Shown in pieces: positions 59,069 through 64,000 of a DNA stretch of 64,000 nt. Made by a program: the position numbers and the translations under genes. The notes beneath the pieces were generated by a model. That model did no database searches and was not told the DNA's origin. It worked only from the letters and a program-made list of their open reading frames with translations. Each line of letters starts with the position of its first letter. The stretch's first letter is position 1. The DNA lies in the sequence record MK308675.1; one strand, given 5' to 3'.

Positions 59069-59983
59069 TTAGTCTTCGCCTTTACGGTTCACGGTAAGTG
59101 TATATTCGCCCACCGTGCGCGCAGAGTTCGTCCAGCAGTTAGTTTCCCAATCCATCGGACGGTCGCCCAGAAGCCTGACCATGTCTTCCTGAGAGAAATC
59201 TACGAACGTCATTCCGTTTTCACGTCTCTCTCGCAGGCTGACGCATAGCACTTTTTCAGCGACTGAAGTGAACCCACCTTCCTTAAACCGAGGACGCCAA
59301 TAATCTTCAACGTCTACGTAAACATCAAAGACTGTGTCAGTTGGCTTATGTGAAAGCGTAATTTTAAGGGCATCTGTTCCGACAGCCGTCTTACTCCAAA
59401 TTCGGAAGAAGTCCCACATGTCGACCACGAGGCGCCGTACGCTTTCCTTAGAGACCCATCCCGGAACACCACTATGCTTAAGGCGCATTGAACGCGCTTG
59501 AGTCGCACGGTGTGCTAGTTCCGCCATAGACAGTACTTCGTTACCGCCAGGTACGTTGTGTGTCTCTAACATCAGACCAGCGTGGTTACAGCTAAACGCA
59601 CGAGGCTTCCCTTCTTCATCGGCTTTCCAGCCTTTATGCAGCGGATAAGGCGGAACACCCGCAACGTCTTGATAGAGCATGCGCGCTAGGTTATACTCCA
59701 TTTCGTCACGGACGAAAATGGTTGTTTCGTATAAGCTCTTAGGAATTACCGGGTGTCCATCTTTCATCTCAGAAGGACATTCGCGTTTTAGCCAGCGGTC
59801 TTTAAAATGCTTACTCATAACCACTTTAATGTTCTGTGCCTCTTCTTCACTTAGCTCTACGCCAAGCAGGTCTGACAATGTTTCTGACGGTACGATAGCG
59901 TCCATTGCCATTTCCATAAACTGCATGTAGTCCGAACATGCTTTGTTTAGTATTTCACCGCGCTCTGTATTTACTGAAGTCAT
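59069..59983 (-). CDS. Hypothetical protein
   Basis: 304 aa. Confidence 0.75.
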   Translation of the reverse strand: MTSVNTERGEILNKACSDYMQFMEMAMDAIVPSETLSDLLGVELSEEEAQNIKVVMSKHFKDRWLKRECPSEMKDGHPVIPKSLYETTIFVRDEMEYNLARMLYQDVAGVPPYPLHKGWKADEEGKPRAFSCNHAGLMLETHNVPGGNEVLSMAELAHRATQARSMRLKHSGVPGWVSKESVRRLVVDMWDFFRIWSKTAVGTDALKITLSHKPTDTVFDVYVDVEDYWRPRFKEGGFTSVAEKVLCVSLRERRENGMTFVDFSQEDMVRLLGDRPMDWETNCWTNSARTVGEYTLTVNRKGED

Positions 59984-59987
59984 TTTA

Positions 59988-60710
59988 TCACCAATCTAAC
60001 TTTTCTGCTTGTTTAAGGATTTTCTTGCGCGCCAGGTCCGTACGGATAATAGAAGAAAGTTCGTCTGGTCCTAACTTCATATCTTCTAAGCACTGGCCGT
60101 GGTAGCTACATTCCATCTGAGGACTTTCTAGCGTACCTTTGTTTACTACGCGCTCGAACGGGTCTTTACGTTCGTCTGCGCACTTAGGGCAGCCAATGCG
60201 TTCAATCTCTTTACCTAGTAAAGAAACCTGAATCTGCATCGCTAGGATGTCCGTGGCTGGGTTCTGAATTTCTAACAGGGTGTTAACGAACTCGCCTAGT
60301 TCTTCCTCCCCAGAAATGAAAGGTTTAATGTGGTTACACTTAGCACATTGCTTAGTTAACTCTACGCGACCGGGTTCGTGCTTGAATAAAGGAACCATCT
60401 TACCGCCTTCACATTCAGTACAAGGCGTGTTCATATTAATGAACTCTAGATGTATTTTCTTCAGTGCCACTTCTTCAAAGAAGGTTTCTGCTTTCTCAGC
60501 AGAGAGCTGCAACACATGGTTCGATGAAGTAATCCACGTTTCGGACACACCATTCAATTCTTGCGTGGTGTGGCGACAAACAGAATGACAATTCGTGCAG
60601 CTAAACACACTTATAGTGTCGTCTTCCTTGCCATTCATGTCATAAGACGCATCCAGGGATAGTGCATGGGTTTCGCAGTTCTTACACATTAAGTCTTCGT
60701 AGACGCTCAT
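59988..60710 (-). CDS. Multi-Zn-ribbon protein
   Basis: CKNC/CTNC, CTEC/CAKC, CPKC/CSYHGQC. Confidence 0.65.
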   Translation of the reverse strand: MSVYEDLMCKNCETHALSLDASYDMNGKEDDTISVFSCTNCHSVCRHTTQELNGVSETWITSSNHVLQLSAEKAETFFEEVALKKIHLEFINMNTPCTECEGGKMVPLFKHEPGRVELTKQCAKCNHIKPFISGEEELGEFVNTLLEIQNPATDILAMQIQVSLLGKEIERIGCPKCADERKDPFERVVNKGTLESPQMECSYHGQCLEDMKLGPDELSSIIRTDLARKKILKQAEKLDW

Positions 60711-61240
60711 AGTTCCTCCGTCAGGAATTCAATTTTGTTTCGGAATCCCGACGTTAGGATTTCGATGTTAGAAGAATACTTCTTAATGCGACCGAATTCA
60801 CCAGTCTCAATAGAAGCGTTTAAGTTACGTGAACTATCAGCCACCTTAACGATGCGGGTAACCGGGCGGCGCTTGAGCATTACCATCTGTCCTTCATAAG
60901 GCTTGCCGCCTAAGATGTTCGCGTAATCGATTAAGTCAGGATGCACACCCATTTCGCGTAAATAGGTTTGACATTCCCAATGGTGCTCTACAGCATCATG
61001 GATGTAGCCTAAAGCTTTCAAGAAGAAAGAGGCATCGCGAGGTAAAGCCTTCTCTACCATGGAAAAGACCGCTTCGCCTACATCACGTACGTGGTAGCTA
61101 AATGGTGCGTTGCCGTATTTCTCACCCGCATGTATTTCTAAAGCTAGGCGAAAACAAAGTGCGGCTTGTTGGGAAGGCTGGTACTTCTTACCTTCTCCCC
61201 AATCTTCGGGCACCCAAGTAATCAATTTAGGGTCAATCAT
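60707..61240 (-). CDS. RelA/SpoT-type HD hydrolase (small alarmone hydrolase/Mesh1-like)
   Basis: A.EIHAG..YG..PFSYH..DV...IHDAVE...VKVAD..RNL. Confidence 0.7.
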   Translation of the reverse strand: MIDPKLITWVPEDWGEGKKYQPSQQAALCFRLALEIHAGEKYGNAPFSYHVRDVGEAVFSMVEKALPRDASFFLKALGYIHDAVEHHWECQTYLREMGVHPDLIDYANILGGKPYEGQMVMLKRRPVTRIVKVADSSRNLNASIETGEFGRIKKYSSNIEILTSGFRNKIEFLTEEL

Positions 61241-61968
61241 TTTTCCCTCATCTCCTTTATGCGTTGTTCTGCGACCTCATCCCAACTAGGCATCTGAGCT
61301 ATCGCACCTTTAGTAGACATGGCCCATATATAAGAACTCTCACGCTGGTTCTCATCAAAGCCTTCTAAAGAACCGTGCCTTAAGATGTAACGAGCACGGT
61401 AGTAATCGCGTACGCCAAAACCTTCAACAGGGTCCGGGCACACGGCTTGGTCTAAATATTTGAAGTAGTCAGATACGCTGTCGTCAATGACCACCCAGCG
61501 TTTAATAGATGGGTTCTCACGGAGATAGTCGTCTACGCCTTGCTCTCTTGAACTTAACTCCGTACCATACCTTTCTTCGATGCGCCACGGCTCACCTTCG
61601 CCTTTATTGCGTAAAGTGATAGAACTAAAACCAAAGGCCTCATGTAGCTTACTCGCGGCCAGCAGAGTCTTCATGTGACTCTTCCATACCGAGACATAAA
61701 CTATGCGAGCATTGTACTCTTTGGCTAGGCGATTAATGAGACCTACGGCATAAGGGTCTATGCGTAAACCCATTAAGTGAGCTCGCTCTGTCTGCACGAC
61801 TTCGTCCACATCTAAGAAGATAACTGCTTCACCGTCTCTTTGCTCGTCCATTATGTTTGCGAACGCAGAACGGAAAGCATTCTCGTAACCGTTAGCCAAC
61901 ATGTCTACAAGTTCGGGGTTCTCTCTTAGAAGTTCTTCGTACTTCTTTATTTCTTCGTAATAATCCAT
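61237..61968 (-). CDS. HAD-family phosphatase (Swiss-army-knife RNA-repair-like)
   Basis: IFLDVDEV, VSVW, REQGVDDYL, WVVIDD, DPVEGF. Confidence 0.75.
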   Translation of the reverse strand: MDYYEEIKKYEELLRENPELVDMLANGYENAFRSAFANIMDEQRDGEAVIFLDVDEVVQTERAHLMGLRIDPYAVGLINRLAKEYNARIVYVSVWKSHMKTLLAASKLHEAFGFSSITLRNKGEGEPWRIEERYGTELSSREQGVDDYLRENPSIKRWVVIDDSVSDYFKYLDQAVCPDPVEGFGVRDYYRARYILRHGSLEGFDENQRESSYIWAMSTKGAIAQMPSWDEVAEQRIKEMREK

Positions 61969-62011
61969 CTGACCTCCTTTCTATTAAATCCGGATTTAGG
62001 GTTAATAAAGA

Positions 62012-62035
62012 CAGGAGAAGCCGAAGCCTCTCCTG
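62012..62035 (-). terminator. Terminator with UUCG loop
   Basis: Core identical to 7768-7789. Confidence 0.75.
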
Positions 62036-62043
62036 GTTTATTA

Positions 62044-63030
62044 TTAATGTGAACTACGGTACTTGCGCACCATTAATGACGGGAATATGTAATCTGCATC
62101 TAGTAAAGACGGATGCCACATTATCCACGCTCTAGACTTTCCTAGATGGCGAGCCATGTCTGTTTGGAAGCGACTACCTTCATGCCAGTGGTCCGTAGAA
62201 TAGTAGTTAGTTAGCGTAGGTAACTCACGCTTCTTCCGACAATCTCGAGCAGCGCAAGAAGCCATGAGCTGAGTTTGCCAAGTAGCTAGGCCGTGGCGCG
62301 AATGCTCTATGTTGTCGACCGTTAGTCTTGCTGGGCTAAGACTGCGACACTGATTTATCGCCACCTCGTTATCATGTGAAGGCCAGTAATGTAAAGATTC
62401 CGTACCATTCTTCTTGGCCTTCTGTTCGAAACCACCGTAGAGAACAGTGTCAGCTATTTGAACGAGGTCCAGGTGGTCGGACATAGAGTAATCGAAAGCT
62501 TCGAATAGCCATTCAGGAACCGCTATAATCTTCTTCTTCAACATGGAATTGAAGTGATGTTCCGTTATCGTGCGGTTCGACTCCAGATAGACTTGAGTCA
62601 CGTTAGTCTCAAAGAGGAGCGTATGTAACTCTAGTCCTAAACCCCATATCGTCTTACCGTCTTGTCGACCAGCTTGGAACCATACGTCTTCGAGGTGGTT
62701 GTCTACAGCATAAAGAATACCTAGTGTCTCTGTGCTGATTTTAAAGGGCAGGTATTCAGAGAGGCCCGGGTTATAGACTCGCAGTACCTCTCTAAAGAAA
62801 TAGGTTTTATTTTCACGACACTCGAAAAAGATAATGCCTTTTTCTTGGTCAGTTAAATCTTCGGACCAAGGGTCTAGCCCTATTGTTTCAGGGAACTTAA
62901 CCCGTAAAGGATACTTGTAGTTTCCCACACGCATCTCTCTTAAAGTTTCCGAGAGAATGTTAAAGGAATGGTTAGAGGTCCCCGGATAAGAATACTCGCC
63001 GGCATTCGGATTGAAAGGTTTCAGTTGCAT
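62044..63030 (-). CDS. Truncated, degenerate paralog of the phiKZ-type terminase large subunit ATPase domain
   Basis: N.SF..L...L.....LDP...L...I..EC.EN..YFFREV.RV and RQDGKT; no nuclease domain. Confidence 0.6.
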   Translation of the reverse strand: MQLKPFNPNAGEYSYPGTSNHSFNILSETLREMRVGNYKYPLRVKFPETIGLDPWSEDLTDQEKGIIFFECRENKTYFFREVLRVYNPGLSEYLPFKISTETLGILYAVDNHLEDVWFQAGRQDGKTIWGLGLELHTLLFETNVTQVYLESNRTITEHHFNSMLKKKIIAVPEWLFEAFDYSMSDHLDLVQIADTVLYGGFEQKAKKNGTESLHYWPSHDNEVAINQCRSLSPARLTVDNIEHSRHGLATWQTQLMASCAARDCRKKRELPTLTNYYSTDHWHEGSRFQTDMARHLGKSRAWIMWHPSLLDADYIFPSLMVRKYRSSH

Positions 63031-63118
63031 TGTTTTAACTCCGTCGTTAAACAAACTAAGGCGCGATTGCCATTCTATTCTCAGGGAGAATAAAAAATAA
63101 AAGATGAGGTAAAGAAAG

Positions 63119-63138
63119 AGGGAGGCCGAAGACTCCCT
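63119..63138 (-). terminator. Terminator with UUCG loop
   Basis: AGGGAGTC-TTCG-GCCTCCCT then CTTTCTTT on the minus strand. Confidence 0.75.
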
Positions 63139-63144
63139 TATAGT

Positions 63145-63207
63145 TTAGCAGCCTGAAGAGCCACGGCCACAGCCGCCAGGCAGTACAATACTAAAGTTTG
63201 ATAACAT
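63145..63207 (-). CDS. 20-aa micropeptide MLSNFSIVLPGGCGRGSSGC (absent from the ORF track)
   Basis: SD GGAG-AAAACA-ATG, TAA stop, terminator 7 nt after the stop. Confidence 0.6.
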   Translation of the reverse strand: MLSNFSIVLPGGCGRGSSGC

Positions 63208-63222
63208 TGTTTTCTCCGTGTT

Positions 63223-63510
63223 TTAAAGGACGTATTCTTGACCTTCTTCGAGGCCGTGTGGCTGTTCAGTGATTAGGTAAGCTTGACGATTAACGAAGTA
63301 ATGTCCCGGGACTACCAGCACGTTATCGTTTTCGTCGTCGATGTAAACGGTTAAGATATATTGGTTGCCTTTTTGACGTAAGACTTCGTCTACCTTTGCG
63401 TCGAGAACTGGCCAGCCGTAAACGGTCCCGTCGTACTCAACACCTTCGCCGTTCGGACAAGAAACTAGCCCCTTAGTTAATAGGTATTCAAGGATGTCAT
63501 CGATTTCCAT
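63223..63510 (-). CDS. Small phage protein
   Basis: 95 aa; G.Y.VNR..Y.ITE.P motif; directly after the early promoter. Confidence 0.75.
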   Translation of the reverse strand: MEIDDILEYLLTKGLVSCPNGEGVEYDGTVYGWPVLDAKVDEVLRQKGNQYILTVYIDDENDNVLVVPGHYFVNRQAYLITEQPHGLEEGQEYVL

Positions 63511-63541
63511 AGGGTTTTCCTCTTACATTGATATTCACATA

Positions 63542-63554
63542 GGTAATATAGGTT
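63542..63554 (-). promoter_or_regulatory. phiKZ-type early promoter AACCTATATTACC
   Basis: Exact copy of the 13-mer. Confidence 0.7.
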
Positions 63555-63564
63555 ATAGTTTGCT

Positions 63565-63577
63565 CTGAATCTTGTAG
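63565..63577 (+). promoter_or_regulatory. Candidate late promoter CTGAATCTTGTAG
   Basis: Same motif and spacing as 21411. Confidence 0.5.
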
Positions 63578-63624
63578 GGACGCTGTTCCTATAATGAACG
63601 TTCATTTTAATCGGGATTAAAGTT

Positions 63625-64000
63625 ATGTACGATAACAAAATCATTAGACTCGCACGTTATGCGGGAGAAGACTTAGAATTCATGCCGTGGTTCTTTGTGG
63701 ACGACGACAGCGGAGTTACTCAGAAGGAAATCCCTGAGTTTAAGAATACGCTTTCGTTTGACGCGAACGATATCTGCGAGAAAGAAGGTAAACTGTACTA
63801 CACAGAAGAAGCCTTAGCTCCGGCAGACTGGGACGACACTAAGTGGAAGGAAATCGCTGTAGTGTTGGCTTACTTAAACAACCACAAGACTTATCTGGAA
63901 TACGAACTTGACTCTTTCGTTCTTCACGAAGACGTCATCTATAAGAACAACAAAGTAGTGTCTGGAGAGTTCAACAGTGCCGACTGGGACGAAGTAGATG
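63625..64000 (+). CDS. Putative virion protein with CBM5/12-like repeats, running off the right edge (absent from the ORF track)
   Basis: Hand translation MYDNKIIRLARYAGED...FDANDICEKEGKLYY..A..WDDTKWKEI...YELDSFVLHEDVIYK...FNSADWDEV, open to the edge. Confidence 0.65.
   Translation, partial: MYDNKIIRLARYAGEDLEFMPWFFVDDDSGVTQKEIPEFKNTLSFDANDICEKEGKLYYTEEALAPADWDDTKWKEIAVVLAYLNNHKTYLEYELDSFVLHEDVIYKNNKVVSGEFNSADWDEVD

Overview
This 64-kb window is almost wall-to-wall coding DNA from a phiKZ-like (Chimalliviridae-type) jumbo myophage. The host is probably Vibrionaceae, judged from recalled resemblance of its Tmk and NrdG to Vibrio enzymes. Lineage evidence: a phiKZ-type internal head protein with S/A-x-E cleavage motifs, a gp203-like SF2 helicase, a terminase-like ATPase and three exact copies of the phiKZ early-promoter motif TATATTAC. 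Long minus-strand arrays of accessory genes alternate with plus-strand islands preceded by a second motif, AATCT-N2-3-TAG, a candidate late promoter. Recognisable enzymes: NrdG, two-domain ThyX, Tmk, NAD-dependent DNA ligase, CCA-adding enzyme, a pol-beta nucleotidyltransferase, HD and HAD hydrolases, an HNH endonuclease, a NADAR protein, two BCS1-like AAA ATPases and a minimal protein-kinase-like protein. A fibre/receptor-binding island occupies 30857-39169. Best leads: (1) an unannotated 20-aa Gly/Cys micropeptide gene with its own SD and terminator; (2) a fibre gene split by a single in-frame TGA; (3) CBM5/12-like repeat fibres; (4) a small membrane peptide in a type I toxin-like RNA architecture; (5) a degenerate terminase paralog; (6) a fixed-geometry divergent promoter module. 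No tRNA, rRNA or CRISPR array was seen. All family calls come from motif recognition by eye; no database searches were run.
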